Virus record (IMG/VR): IMGVR_UViG_3300027749_000147
Coordinates: 1-52,371 of that record
Direction: 5' to 3' (one strand)
Source: a virus
Taxonomy: Duplodnaviria; Caudoviricetes
DNA length: 52,371 nt
Shown here: one piece after another, positions 27,248 through 36,756 of the stretch
Position numbering within the stretch: position 1 is the first letter of the stretch
Layout: each line of letters begins with the position of its first letter
Position numbers and translations under genes: made by a program
The notes under the pieces: generated by a model
Databases searched by the model: none
Seen by the model: the letters and a program-made list of their open reading frames with translations, nothing else
Told to the model about the DNA's origin: nothing

Positions 27248-28568
27248 CTTGAGCCCTCAATCTATCTAGAGCGGCTTGGCTAATACTGGATGTGGAAACA
27301 TACTTGCTGTTATCAGATGCAATATCTCCACCAGCCTGCCATACCCAAGGAACTTTTCCAGTGGTAGGTTGTGGTCTATTATTAGTACTACCAAAACCTT
27401 CGTTACTGTACACAGTATTTCCGTCAGTTAAAAGAGATGCCTCATTAGATACCTTGTTTAATGTGTCAGGTACTAAATCTCTAATCTGAATAACATCAGG
27501 AACAGCAACTACTTTGCCGTCACTCCATACGTTTGCTGTTCCAATAGAGTCAGTTCCCACTTGTAATATAGTTGTGTATGTAAGAATATTTGGCTCAGTC
27601 TCAATTACCTTATGTTTTACAGACATAACAATCCAGTATCCAGAGTAGTCAGAGCCAATGCCAGCTAGATACACAGGGCTGTCTGGATATATATTTGCAA
27701 TACCAGCAACTTCTACTTCTGCACGATAAGGAAAGCGATTGCGTTGGTCAATAGCTTGAGCCTCATATGCTGCTGGTGTATACCCAGGCGCTACTGTTTC
27801 TGTAGAAAAACTGTCAAAAAACTCTGGTGTTGATATGTCTCTTAGCGACTCTGGTCTTGTCTTGTTAGTAACAATATTTACTTCTTTAGTAACAGGGTCA
27901 ACACCGCCAACTCTACCAGCAGACTTATACGCGTCCACGTACTGTACGCTCTCACCAAGAATCATTTTAAATGAATATAGAGTAGAACCTTTTGGGTCGT
28001 TAGATTCACGCATTACAAACGATGGTGCGTTTGCACGGGTAGCTGTGTAAGCAGCAGTAAGTGGTTGGAAGTAAATAGATGTGTTTTGTATTCTAAAGGT
28101 ATACCCACATTGCTTAGCAAGCCTTGTAATAATCTCAAGGTCTGTGTGCCCAGCCTGAGATACCTGTGGATAAACACGGGGATGGTCAGTAACAAATGCA
28201 GAGAAGTTATGTTCTGCAGCAATCTGGCGCACAATATCTGATGCAGTCATATTAGTAAATACTCTTTGACGCGCTTGCTTTAATTTATAAGATGCGCCAA
28301 TTAATGCTATTTCTACAAACTGTTTACCAGGAGTAATCTCTGGTTTGATATCGTGGATATATCCAACAAAGTTTCTGGCACCAGTGGTTCCTCGAAGGTT
28401 AACTTTTACTGGCTCACCAGGTTTGATGTGAGTGTATTTAATATCCCAATCCCTAAACTTAACTACTGCTACCTCATGGGCATATCTATTTAAATTTAAA
28501 TAGAAATAGGAAAGCCGCTGAGGGGGATTCTCAGCTAAAGGGAACTCTATGGATACGTAATTAAACAC
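27237..28568 (-). CDS. baseplate hub (GpD/gp27/VgrG N-terminal-like)
   Basis: FVGYI, T.SDIV..IA, QVSQAG.TD....RLA...GY and SGYW.V..V.H. Confidence 0.82.
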   Translation of the reverse strand: MFNYVSIEFPLAENPPQRLSYFYLNLNRYAHEVAVVKFRDWDIKYTHIKPGEPVKVNLRGTTGARNFVGYIHDIKPEITPGKQFVEIALIGASYKLKQARQRVFTNMTASDIVRQIAAEHNFSAFVTDHPRVYPQVSQAGHTDLEIITRLAKQCGYTFRIQNTSIYFQPLTAAYTATRANAPSFVMRESNDPKGSTLYSFKMILGESVQYVDAYKSAGRVGGVDPVTKEVNIVTNKTRPESLRDISTPEFFDSFSTETVAPGYTPAAYEAQAIDQRNRFPYRAEVEVAGIANIYPDSPVYLAGIGSDYSGYWIVMSVKHKVIETEPNILTYTTILQVGTDSIGTANVWSDGKVVAVPDVIQIRDLVPDTLNKVSNEASLLTDGNTVYSNEGFGSTNNRPQPTTGKVPWVWQAGGDIASDNSKYVSTSSISQAALDRLRAQGVR

Positions 28569-28842
28569 TAGGTATCCTAAGAGTTGTTCCAGAAGTAATA
28601 TTCATAAAGTCAACAACTTCTGGGTTGTACTCAACAATAGTCCACCACAAGTCAGCGCGCCTCATGTAGTACTCAGCCAACCCCCAAAGTGTTTCCCCAG
28701 GAACATAGGTATGGGTAAAGAAAGATACAGCATCTAAAGAGTCAGATGTATAAAATACAATAGGTGTTGTAGTTCCATACTCTTTTTTTCTAAAGTAATC
28801 AACAGTAGCATCCTCGTAACGAGAACCAGAATAAATAGGCAT
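28561..28842 (-). CDS. small LysM-like baseplate/tail X protein
   Basis: SRYE...GETL..LA..Y....LWW.I..YNP...I..GT.LRIP. Confidence 0.8.
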   Translation of the reverse strand: MPIYSGSRYEDATVDYFRKKEYGTTTPIVFYTSDSLDAVSFFTHTYVPGETLWGLAEYYMRRADLWWTIVEYNPEVVDFMNITSGTTLRIPSV

Positions 28843-29834
28843 TAGTTACTCGACAATCCTGCAGTAGCCATAAGGTTAAACTGCAATGTTACATCAGTAC
28901 GAATAGGAATCATGTCTTTAGTAAACGCAGTATGGTTAACAGTAAGGTTGTTAACATAACCCAAGTAACTAAGCGGACCAATATCAATCTTTAGAAGAGT
29001 AGGGCTTAAGAAACCAATATCAGAACTAACTCTACCAGTAGCAACGTTAGTCCAACCTGGACCATTAATTGCTTTGTACAAGTACTCAAGGTCAGCAATA
29101 GTTCCGTATTTCTGAAGGTCTTGAATTTTATAAGATACTTCGTCACCAAATCCGTAATCAAAAGCAGCAGCGGCTGAGTAGTAACTTGAGTAGTCTTTTG
29201 CTAATTGGTCATAGGTAGTTAATTCTTTATTAGCTTTAGGAACATGCGAAATAGACTTGATACAAGCAAAATCGTTAGTTCTATCTAGCCTAAGACTAAA
29301 TGTTAGGTACTCACCACTTGGAAAAGCTCCTACAACATTAACAAACTTGTCAGCAAATGAAGGTGTAATATCCATATTAACTGCAACTGATGTGGTAATT
29401 TCATTAGGGTTCCATAAGAATTGGAATCCATAACGCGGGTCTTTCTTATGACTTTTTGCGTTATTAGCATTAGCCCAGTTATAGGATGTGTAGTCTACAT
29501 TTTCAGTATCAACTCTAGAGTACCAATAGATACGACCACGTCTGTACTTTGATTTAGCACCTAGAGCAAATGCTTCACTATTTACTACAAGTTCGTCCAT
29601 ATCATGCGGTTCAACTGGAAGGCTCCACTGATGAGGTGGAAGGTTCCATCGGTAACCATTAAGACCTTTATTAGTCCTAGCTTTTGGGTTACCTCCCTTA
29701 CCTGGATTTTTATTAGCACCTGCAACTTTACCCTTTTTCTTGTGTTTATTTTTTGCATGCGGGGTAGTTTTTTTTACTACTTTCTTTTTTGCTACCGCGC
29801 CACTGTCTCTACTGTCTGTTGGATTTTGAAACAT
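28842..29834 (-). CDS. tail tube initiator / CIS-tube-like baseplate protein with a basic N-terminus
   Basis: GFQFLWNP..I, F.L.LDR, GT..DLEYL, Y.GYV....V.H..FT..MIP.R; follows the tape measure gene. Confidence 0.65.
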   Translation of the reverse strand: MFQNPTDSRDSGAVAKKKVVKKTTPHAKNKHKKKGKVAGANKNPGKGGNPKARTNKGLNGYRWNLPPHQWSLPVEPHDMDELVVNSEAFALGAKSKYRRGRIYWYSRVDTENVDYTSYNWANANNAKSHKKDPRYGFQFLWNPNEITTSVAVNMDITPSFADKFVNVVGAFPSGEYLTFSLRLDRTNDFACIKSISHVPKANKELTTYDQLAKDYSSYYSAAAAFDYGFGDEVSYKIQDLQKYGTIADLEYLYKAINGPGWTNVATGRVSSDIGFLSPTLLKIDIGPLSYLGYVNNLTVNHTAFTKDMIPIRTDVTLQFNLMATAGLSSN

Positions 29835-29836
29835 AG

Positions 29837-31336
29837 TTACCTCGTTGCCATACTTACCATTGCATTTGTAATTGCACTACCAAAAGAATATGGGTCAGTT
29901 CCTGGAGGTGCTGATACATTTACAGTAATTGCTCCAGTAAATACTGGTGTTGAGGTAACTCCTCCAGTAGGAACAGAGTTATCAGAAAGACCTGGCATAC
30001 TATCAATATGTGCACCAGTAGCAAGAAGAGCGGCACCGATTGCTGCACCACCAGCAATTTTTCCTAGTATGCCAGCTTTCTTTGAGCCACCTAATTTAGC
30101 AATAAGTTTACTCATGCCAGAAGATTTAGTCATACCTGTAAAATTACCATTTGCGTTAATTAAGGTGTCAGTTAATAAGTTACCAGCACCACCACGGATA
30201 CCGCCAAATACTTCAAGACCAGTAAGTGCAGCTTGACCACCTTTAATAGCAGTACCAAGTCCAGGGGTGCTTTGTGCTCTACCAAGATAGTCATATAGTG
30301 CTGGTATTATCTCCCTATTCATAGCATTAGTTCCAGCATTGGTAGCGTTGGTGTACGACTGTATTAGACTCAACTCTTTAGGAAAAGTTCCAACAAGGTT
30401 TGTTAAAGTATCTGTCATTCCACCAGTCTTCATAAGACCTGCTTTAGTACCAGAGGTTGAAAGGTTAGCGCCACCACTATTAGCCATTTGTACAAGACCA
30501 GCTATTACTGTTGCTCTTAAGTTTTCGTCTTGACCAAAGTACTGGTCAAGCATACTATCCAAAGCATTACCAGACATAGCAGATACAGCAATCATTTGGG
30601 GTGTAACTTTTCCAGCAGCGTTTTTAAGTAAGGTATAGATTTGTTTAATAATATCTGGCAAATCATTCATGTTACCACCAGCACCACGTACGTTAACGCC
30701 AATCATTCTAAGTGAGTTAACTTTTCGGGCTTGGTTAAGACTAGCCATAACACCCATACCACCAGTAATACCAAGACCTGGTGATAAGTTAGATGCTAAC
30801 GCAGCGCCGCCCATAATTCCACCAAAGCTAGAGTTAGGACCAAAGTTGCTAAGACCTGGCATTAGACCCATACCAGCGCCGTAGTTCATTGCTTGAACAG
30901 AATCAAACGCACTAGTAGGAGAACCTAATGCGCTTACGCCTCTTTGTGACCTATAGGAGTTAAGTAAATAATTATGACCAGAGATACCAGACTGACCATA
31001 GAACATCTGGCGAGACCCAAGCATCTCAACATTCATTGCCTCTTCAGCAGTAGGCAATAACCCCATAGCGGCAACTGTTGCTTGACCTGTAGTTTTTAAA
31101 AGACCTTTAGCAAATATCCCTCTTGTCTTACGTACAGTAGGGTCTGTGTAATCTGGAGACGACCCCGACATCATTGAACTAATAGGACCACCACTACCAA
31201 CTCCAGGAGCAGGAGTAGTAACAGGTGAATTTCCAGAACCTGGACTACCAGCACTGTTATTAAGCCTACCTAAGGCTGCGGTAAGCGCATTAACCTTAGC
31301 TAAGATAGAGTCTAAAATACCACTTGGGTCAGCCAT
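29837..31336 (-). CDS. tape measure protein (short, 499 aa)
   Basis: Gly/Ala/Met-rich helical protein in the canonical position after tube and chaperone. Confidence 0.7.
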   Translation of the reverse strand: MADPSGILDSILAKVNALTAALGRLNNSAGSPGSGNSPVTTPAPGVGSGGPISSMMSGSSPDYTDPTVRKTRGIFAKGLLKTTGQATVAAMGLLPTAEEAMNVEMLGSRQMFYGQSGISGHNYLLNSYRSQRGVSALGSPTSAFDSVQAMNYGAGMGLMPGLSNFGPNSSFGGIMGGAALASNLSPGLGITGGMGVMASLNQARKVNSLRMIGVNVRGAGGNMNDLPDIIKQIYTLLKNAAGKVTPQMIAVSAMSGNALDSMLDQYFGQDENLRATVIAGLVQMANSGGANLSTSGTKAGLMKTGGMTDTLTNLVGTFPKELSLIQSYTNATNAGTNAMNREIIPALYDYLGRAQSTPGLGTAIKGGQAALTGLEVFGGIRGGAGNLLTDTLINANGNFTGMTKSSGMSKLIAKLGGSKKAGILGKIAGGAAIGAALLATGAHIDSMPGLSDNSVPTGGVTSTPVFTGAITVNVSAPPGTDPYSFGSAITNAMVSMATR

Positions 31337-31449
31337 TATAGGTTCCTTGTAGCCCTTTCAATCCAATTAGTTCTTTCTCTATGCGAGAGTAAGCGTATGT
31401 CGCTCAGAGACCAGTTAAATATTCGAGTTAGTACTTCGTAGTGGTCCAT
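31336..31449 (-). CDS. short gp51/chaperone-C-like ORF; probably the +1 frameshift extension of the upstream gene
   Basis: MDHYEVLTRIFNWSLSDIRLLSHRERTNWIERATRNL (W...I..L...ER..W pattern). No SD; the frame is open back through the upstream stop; TAATG-coupled to the tape measure. Confidence 0.7.
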   Translation of the reverse strand: MDHYEVLTRIFNWSLSDIRLLSHRERTNWIERATRNL

Positions 31450-31471
31450 TAAATTTACATAGTCTTCGTTA

Positions 31472-32266
31472 CTAAAAACGAAATAAGTCAGCCAGACTTA
31501 GTGGAATAAACGTATCTTTTCCACATGCCTTGCAAGCCTTCAGCACCTCCCCGAGGCGTGGACCAGGGGCTTTGGTGTACAACTCTGTAATAAGAGTTTC
31601 ACGGTCAGCTATCCCTAATTCTAAAGCGGTTGTTCTACCCATAGATATAGAACCGTCAACAGAAGCAATGCACCCAGCCAGAGCAATTGTAATAAGCTCA
31701 GCAGCCGTTTTATTTTCCGTCTGTAAAAGTTTCTTTTGTGTAATACCGTTTGGAAGATTAAGAACAACCTCACCAGCCTTTACCTTTACGGAAAAAGTTC
31801 TGTCAGCAACTGGGTTATCTAGTTCTGATATTGGAATATCTTTTTCAATATCAATATCCCAGATATCACCAGTACCGCAGTTCTGACAAATAGATGGTTG
31901 TTTAATAATGTTACCGAATGTTACTCGTCTAATTCCCAGTAAAATTGCATCTCTATCACCAGACAGTAAGGAATCAAAGTCAGAGACCGTTACGGGCTCA
32001 TCCCCAATACTTACTAGACCTCTTGATAGCGCCGTCTGTAGTACCCCATATATTGAACTAGCTTTTGAGATAGCTTCTTCATCAGCACCTGTAAGTTCTT
32101 TAACTTCAGCGTACTTAGATAGAATACCGTTATCTCCCATAAAGCCACCTGGTAGGTATACTTCATTGCTAAGGGGCAATACAGTATCTACATCTTTAAC
32201 AGTTTCATTGGAATCTAAAGACTCCACTAATCTGTTTACTGCATCTGGGTCGGTTATTTCAGCCAT
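31472..32266 (-). CDS. tail assembly chaperone / T4 gp26-like hub assembly protein
   Basis: LPGG, V.ELTGADEE, LL.GDRDAILLGIRR.TFG, CxxC...CxxC; lies between tube and tape measure. Confidence 0.8.
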   Translation of the reverse strand: MAEITDPDAVNRLVESLDSNETVKDVDTVLPLSNEVYLPGGFMGDNGILSKYAEVKELTGADEEAISKASSIYGVLQTALSRGLVSIGDEPVTVSDFDSLLSGDRDAILLGIRRVTFGNIIKQPSICQNCGTGDIWDIDIEKDIPISELDNPVADRTFSVKVKAGEVVLNLPNGITQKKLLQTENKTAAELITIALAGCIASVDGSISMGRTTALELGIADRETLITELYTKAPGPRLGEVLKACKACGKDTFIPLSLADLFRF

Positions 32267-32291
32267 ATTATTTTCCTTATTGTTTTAGTTA

Positions 32292-32918
32292 TTAGAATTG
32301 ATTTCCTGGGTTGTAGTTAGGGTCTTTTGCTTTTCCGTCTTCCTTAACGAACAGAACTGATAGACCTTCATGTGTTAGCGTAATACTTTCAACAAAAAGA
32401 CCGTTCTGAGTTGCGTCTAGGTCGGTGTACCCTATAGATGTTATAAACGCGTTCTTAAGTAGGAACGCCATTTTAGGAGTATTGGTAGTTGCGTCCGAGT
32501 TAGGGTGGTCCATAACCATAATCTTTACATCGCAACGGAACTGATTTGCCACGTTTGTTGTACCAAGAGTATTAACATTTAGACCCTCACCAGCAGATGC
32601 AGCAAAGATTCCGCGCATCCAAGTGATAGCTTGGTCGTTTCCAAACAACGCTCCTCTTGTAAGAGTTACGTCATTAAATCTTGTCATGCCTGGAACTTTG
32701 TGTGCAGTGGTGTTGTATCCACCTTCACGGTAAGCGATTGGGTCGTTAATAATACCTAAACCAGTAATAGATGTAAACCCGCCAGTAAATCCACCAGCAG
32801 TATTTGTTGTAATTCTAGTATCAAATGGTTTAGCCTGAATGAATTCAACTTTAAACCGAAACTGGCGTAACGGGTCAGAAAGAATACTTCCTCTGTCATC
32901 AATTGTGTTAATTGCCAT
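32292..32918 (-). CDS. tail tube protein (gp19-like)
   Basis: DPLR.FRF.VE, GF..I.GL, YREGG...K.PG...F..VTL.RG and E.ITL.HEG. Confidence 0.92.
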   Translation of the reverse strand: MAINTIDDRGSILSDPLRQFRFKVEFIQAKPFDTRITTNTAGGFTGGFTSITGLGIINDPIAYREGGYNTTAHKVPGMTRFNDVTLTRGALFGNDQAITWMRGIFAASAGEGLNVNTLGTTNVANQFRCDVKIMVMDHPNSDATTNTPKMAFLLKNAFITSIGYTDLDATQNGLFVESITLTHEGLSVLFVKEDGKAKDPNYNPGNQF

Positions 32919-32932
32919 TATTTATTATCTCC

Positions 32933-35182
32933 TTAAATAGACGCGGTTACAGTCGAGCTTCCATCAAGCTGACCAATTCGAATGATTACAAACTCTGCTG
33001 GCTTTTGTACTGCAATACCAACTTCAATATGAAGTTCACCCGCATTAATTGAACCTGTAGTGTTGATAGTATTATCGCACTTTACATAAAACGCTTGTGC
33101 TGAGGTGCTTCCAGAAAGACCACCAGCGCGCCAGAAGTCTGTAAGGAATCTATTAACTACGCTGCTAACAGTGTTCCAAAGGTTCTGGTCGTTAGGCTCA
33201 AAGATAGCAAACTGAGTTAAACTACGAAGTGAAGAACCTACATAGTTAATTGTTCTACGTACAGGTACGTAACGAAGAGTGAAGTCGCTACTTAATGTAC
33301 GAGCACCCATTACACAAATGCCAGAACCTGGAATAAAACGAATAATATTCAGATTAGCACTGTACGAGCTAATCTTTGTAAAATCATCGTTGCTTAATGG
33401 GATAACATTGACAGCAGACTTAAGTCTTGCGTTAACACCAGCAGGAGCTTTAAACACTCCTCGTCTAGAGTCTGTGTCAGTGTATAGAGCAGCAACTGCT
33501 CCACACGGTGCTACAGATACAGTCTTTCCAGTTGTAGATGATGGGTCTGCAATGATGATGTTCGGGTAGTACGCAGCCGCGTAGTTAACATCTCCAGTGT
33601 AAGAAGAGATACCAACATCTGTAGTACTACTAAGTACATCAGCCAGAGTAAGTGAGGCTTCAGCATCAATTAATACAAAGGAATCACCACGAGTACTTGA
33701 GTAAGCAATAAGCTGGTTAATATCAGAAGAGTATGAGTTATTTGCCCAGTTAAGAATAAGTGGGGTTATAACCGTATCAAATCTAGAAATTAAACTGGTG
33801 TTAGTTCTAGCAGTAGGTCCTTCAGAACCAGCTGTAGTACCTCCACCAGATTGAATAAGAGAGCTAGTCTGTGTTCCTAGGCGTACTGCAACAGGAGTAT
33901 TTGTAAACCCGTTAGAGTTCCAAGAGAAAGCGCCATTTGCTCCCTTAACAGAATCTGAACCAGTGGTGTTCTTCCAAGTACCTGTGAACTGTGGAAGTCT
34001 AAAGATACCAGTACCAGTGGAACCACCATCAACAACATCAATCCAAGATGAGTTGATTTGACCTAAGAAGTATCGACTATTTCCTGGGTCCATACTTAAC
34101 TGTAGGAATCTTTCTACAATATTTGCCGCTTTTAAGTTAGTAGCAGTAGTTGTATTTGAGTAATAGACAGTTAGGTCAAAGTAACCTGGAGTACTATTTG
34201 GAGTTGTACTAATCCAAATACCATTACCCCAAGCACCGTGGCTCTTAGCAGTTACTACGATAGCCTGACCTAAACCATTTAGACCTCCGCCAGTAACAGT
34301 TACTGGTGATGCTGCAGTGTATGTTGTTGTGCTAGTTGAAACTGCTGATGCAGGAGAGTAGTACAAAGATAAAGTTTTCTTATCAGACGATACAGATGAT
34401 ACTACCCAAGTATTACCATTTAAATTAGTGTAGTTAGTATCAGTAATACCAGAAAGGCTAACAGTAGTTCCAGCGTAGTGGTTAGTAAACGCCGCTGTAG
34501 TTGCTGCAATAGTTACTACTTTGTTTCCAAAGTTAGAAGTGTAAGCGTCAAAAGCAATACTTCCAGTAAGGGCTGTAGATAGGTTATTATCTCTTATGGT
34601 AGTCTTAGCTTTTACAGCATCTGGGTTAACATCACGAAGAATGTATGCTTGACCACCACCATTATCAAAGAAAGTTTTAATACCATACTTCAAGTCAGTA
34701 TTATTTGAAGCCGTAATTGATGTTACGGTACCAGCGGTAATAGGTGCTTGGTTAACTACAAAATTTGTAGAGTCTGTAATTGCTGTAACAACTGTTGAAG
34801 ATGTAGTTGATAATGCCGCACCAGATGCCCCAACAAGTGACAGAACTGAACCTACCTGAAGACCCACAGTGCTAGCAACAGTAATAGTTGTGCTTGATGT
34901 AGATAGGCTAATTGTAGATGAGCCTGTTGTAGGTAGAAGTGTAATTGGTGGTATACCAGTCCAAGTATTAATGTTGGTACCAAAGCTAAAGTTATTGATA
35001 AAGTCAGACCAACTGCTTACTAGCGTAGGTACAGCAACAACGTTATTGTTCAGCGTGGTTGTTGGTCCCCTATCCGCATAACCAATAAACGCAGCGGTTG
35101 AAGGTGTAGCAGTATTAGCTACTGGTATTGAGGGTGCCAACGACTCTTCGATGTACACGCCAGGCTTATTGTAGTTAGCCAT
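32933..35182 (-). CDS. contractile tail sheath protein
   Basis: PGVYIEE, FIG...RGP, FFDNGG, G.WGN, GVFKAPAG, GARTL, YVPVRR, FEPND..LW and KPAEFVIIRI. Confidence 0.95.
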   Translation of the reverse strand: MANYNKPGVYIEESLAPSIPVANTATPSTAAFIGYADRGPTTTLNNNVVAVPTLVSSWSDFINNFSFGTNINTWTGIPPITLLPTTGSSTISLSTSSTTITVASTVGLQVGSVLSLVGASGAALSTTSSTVVTAITDSTNFVVNQAPITAGTVTSITASNNTDLKYGIKTFFDNGGGQAYILRDVNPDAVKAKTTIRDNNLSTALTGSIAFDAYTSNFGNKVVTIAATTAAFTNHYAGTTVSLSGITDTNYTNLNGNTWVVSSVSSDKKTLSLYYSPASAVSTSTTTYTAASPVTVTGGGLNGLGQAIVVTAKSHGAWGNGIWISTTPNSTPGYFDLTVYYSNTTTATNLKAANIVERFLQLSMDPGNSRYFLGQINSSWIDVVDGGSTGTGIFRLPQFTGTWKNTTGSDSVKGANGAFSWNSNGFTNTPVAVRLGTQTSSLIQSGGGTTAGSEGPTARTNTSLISRFDTVITPLILNWANNSYSSDINQLIAYSSTRGDSFVLIDAEASLTLADVLSSTTDVGISSYTGDVNYAAAYYPNIIIADPSSTTGKTVSVAPCGAVAALYTDTDSRRGVFKAPAGVNARLKSAVNVIPLSNDDFTKISSYSANLNIIRFIPGSGICVMGARTLSSDFTLRYVPVRRTINYVGSSLRSLTQFAIFEPNDQNLWNTVSSVVNRFLTDFWRAGGLSGSTSAQAFYVKCDNTINTTGSINAGELHIEVGIAVQKPAEFVIIRIGQLDGSSTVTASI

Positions 35183-35212
35183 TATTTCTCCTTGAGGGGT
35201 AGTTTATAAATG

Positions 35213-35848
35213 TTAAACAGCTTTTTTATCTTCGGGTATCGATGTTGTCCATGGAGCCTTTGCTCCACGGTTATTGATTGAAACAAATTGTGTTGTTATA
35301 TAAGCGTATGCTAGAGTAGGGCTCATCTCACTCATTACAGTTATTGTGTAAACATTGCGAAGAAGGCGTTTGTTTCCGTTCTCACCTTCAGCGCGGTCCA
35401 GTTTTGTGAAGTCCCCTAAGAACATATGTCGGTAAGCAGTACTAGTACCAATTTCATTAGGTACTGGTAGGAACCCACGGAACCCAGGGAACTTATTCAT
35501 TAAATGGTAAGCTAGTGCTCTATCGTGGCGTGGATGACGTGAGTAAGACGTAATCTGGTATACAAGGTCATACGGTACTGGATACTCATATCCGTATAAG
35601 GTATTTGTACTACTAATAACAGTGCCTTGATTGTCAGAGTCGTAGTAGTAACCAGAGTGAGCCCGCTCAAACGACTGCCGAATATCCATTAGTTCAATGG
35701 TAATAAACGGAAAACTTTGACTACGGATTTCAACATCTGGATAACCAAACCACACACCTACAGAGCGTGGATTACTCTTTTCATCAGATACTGTTAAACC
35801 AGAAAGGTACGACTTAAGAGCCGCATCTTCAGCCAAGATAAAGGTCAT
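35213..35848 (-). CDS. tail terminator / completion protein
   Basis: V.VWF..PD.E....FPFITI.L.D...P.PYDL.YQI; directly upstream of the sheath gene. Confidence 0.65.
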   Translation of the reverse strand: MTFILAEDAALKSYLSGLTVSDEKSNPRSVGVWFGYPDVEIRSQSFPFITIELMDIRQSFERAHSGYYYDSDNQGTVISSTNTLYGYEYPVPYDLVYQITSYSRHPRHDRALAYHLMNKFPGFRGFLPVPNEIGTSTAYRHMFLGDFTKLDRAEGENGNKRLLRNVYTITVMSEMSPTLAYAYITTQFVSINNRGAKAPWTTSIPEDKKAV

Positions 35849-36174
35849 TTTTCCACCTGAGTTGGGTCTGGTGCGCTAGTAGGAGAAAGAGAATGATAAA
35901 TAGCGTTAACAGTTGCATCAGCAACAACGCTGTTAACTACCTCTTTAAACTTACGCAAGACATAAGTAGCTGGTTGACCAGGCTTACCGTATTCTAAATC
36001 AGTTACCTGGGTTTTTAATTCCCCAGGAATATTTAGAGTTGGTGCACCTTCTTGAATATCCACAGAAATCTTTTTAACAATATCTGTAGACCAGTTTCCT
36101 GCTAGGGCAATGTTAACGAAGGCAGCGTTAAGATACTTTTTTCTTGCATTTAGGTAATCAAGAAAGTATGACAT
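35845..36174 (-). CDS. hypothetical neck/tail-completion protein
   Basis: LEYG...P...VLR motif; position between neck and terminator genes. Confidence 0.55.
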   Translation of the reverse strand: MSYFLDYLNARKKYLNAAFVNIALAGNWSTDIVKKISVDIQEGAPTLNIPGELKTQVTDLEYGKPGQPATYVLRKFKEVVNSVVADATVNAIYHSLSPTSAPDPTQVEK

Positions 36175-36302
36175 TACTTACCCCTGCGCCACAGTATGCC
36201 CGCCAAGACTCCAACCCATACGCCCTTTGGCTGCGGATTGCCATAGACAATCCCGCGGTAGAACTCTTTAGAGTCCGCCTGAGATACTTTGTTCTCGGAC
36301 AC
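36174..36302 (-). CDS. 42-aa protein with a hydrophobic, basic C-terminus
   Basis: GTG start with an AAGGAG SD: MSENKVSQADSKEFYRGIVYGNPQPKGVWVGVLAGILWRRGK. TAATG-coupled to the next gene. Confidence 0.7.
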   Translation of the reverse strand: MSENKVSQADSKEFYRGIVYGNPQPKGVWVGVLAGILWRRGK

Positions 36303-36378
36303 GCAAATCTCCTTGGGTGGAGTAGAGCAACTGGGTAGCAAGGGGTCTTGACTTAGTTCCTGCAGTGGAACTAATACA

Positions 36379-36413
36379 ATAGTAAATGAAAAAAGCCCCT
36401 TTCGGGGGCTTAA
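36379..36413 (-). promoter_or_regulatory. TTAAG-N24-TACTAT promoter overlapping a terminator; start of the tail operon
   Basis: Same spacing as the TTTAG-N24 sites. Confidence 0.45.
36389..36411 (-). terminator. intrinsic terminator
   Basis: AAGCCCC-CGAAA-GGGGCTT followed by TTTT. Confidence 0.8.
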
Positions 36414-36426
36414 ATCATATTAGTTT

Positions 36427-36756
36427 TTACTTTTTATATGTTGTAATACCACTTGTGTCTACAGGAGGCACTAAGTATGAGTAGAGGATTACAACGCTAT
36501 TGCTAATAGTAGAGCCACAGAAACCATAAATGGTGTCCCCAGCGTTTAACCAAAGTTGTAATTGACCACTTGCGGCAATGCCAATGCCGCCATTAGTGGT
36601 TCCAAGACCATCTAGAGTGTCATCTCCAACAGCAATTGTTGACCCACTTCTATTCTGGATAGTTACATAGCATGGGCTAGCACCAGCAGGTACTGTAAAC
36701 AACAAAGTCTTAGTGTTTGCAGTAATTGTAGGAACTACAATATGGTCAAGAGCCAT
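36427..36756 (-). CDS. small all-beta virion protein (hypothetical)
   Basis: V.IQN.....I.VG.......G..I......L...GD.IYG pattern. Confidence 0.6.
   Translation of the reverse strand: MALDHIVVPTITANTKTLLFTVPAGASPCYVTIQNRSGSTIAVGDDTLDGLGTTNGGIGIAASGQLQLWLNAGDTIYGFCGSTISNSVVILYSYLVPPVDTSGITTYKK

Noticed and set aside
21245-35182. Bacterial eCIS/T6SS/tailocin locus
   Set aside because: Sheath, tube and baseplate resemble contractile injection systems, but capsid, portal, terminase and replication genes make this a phage.
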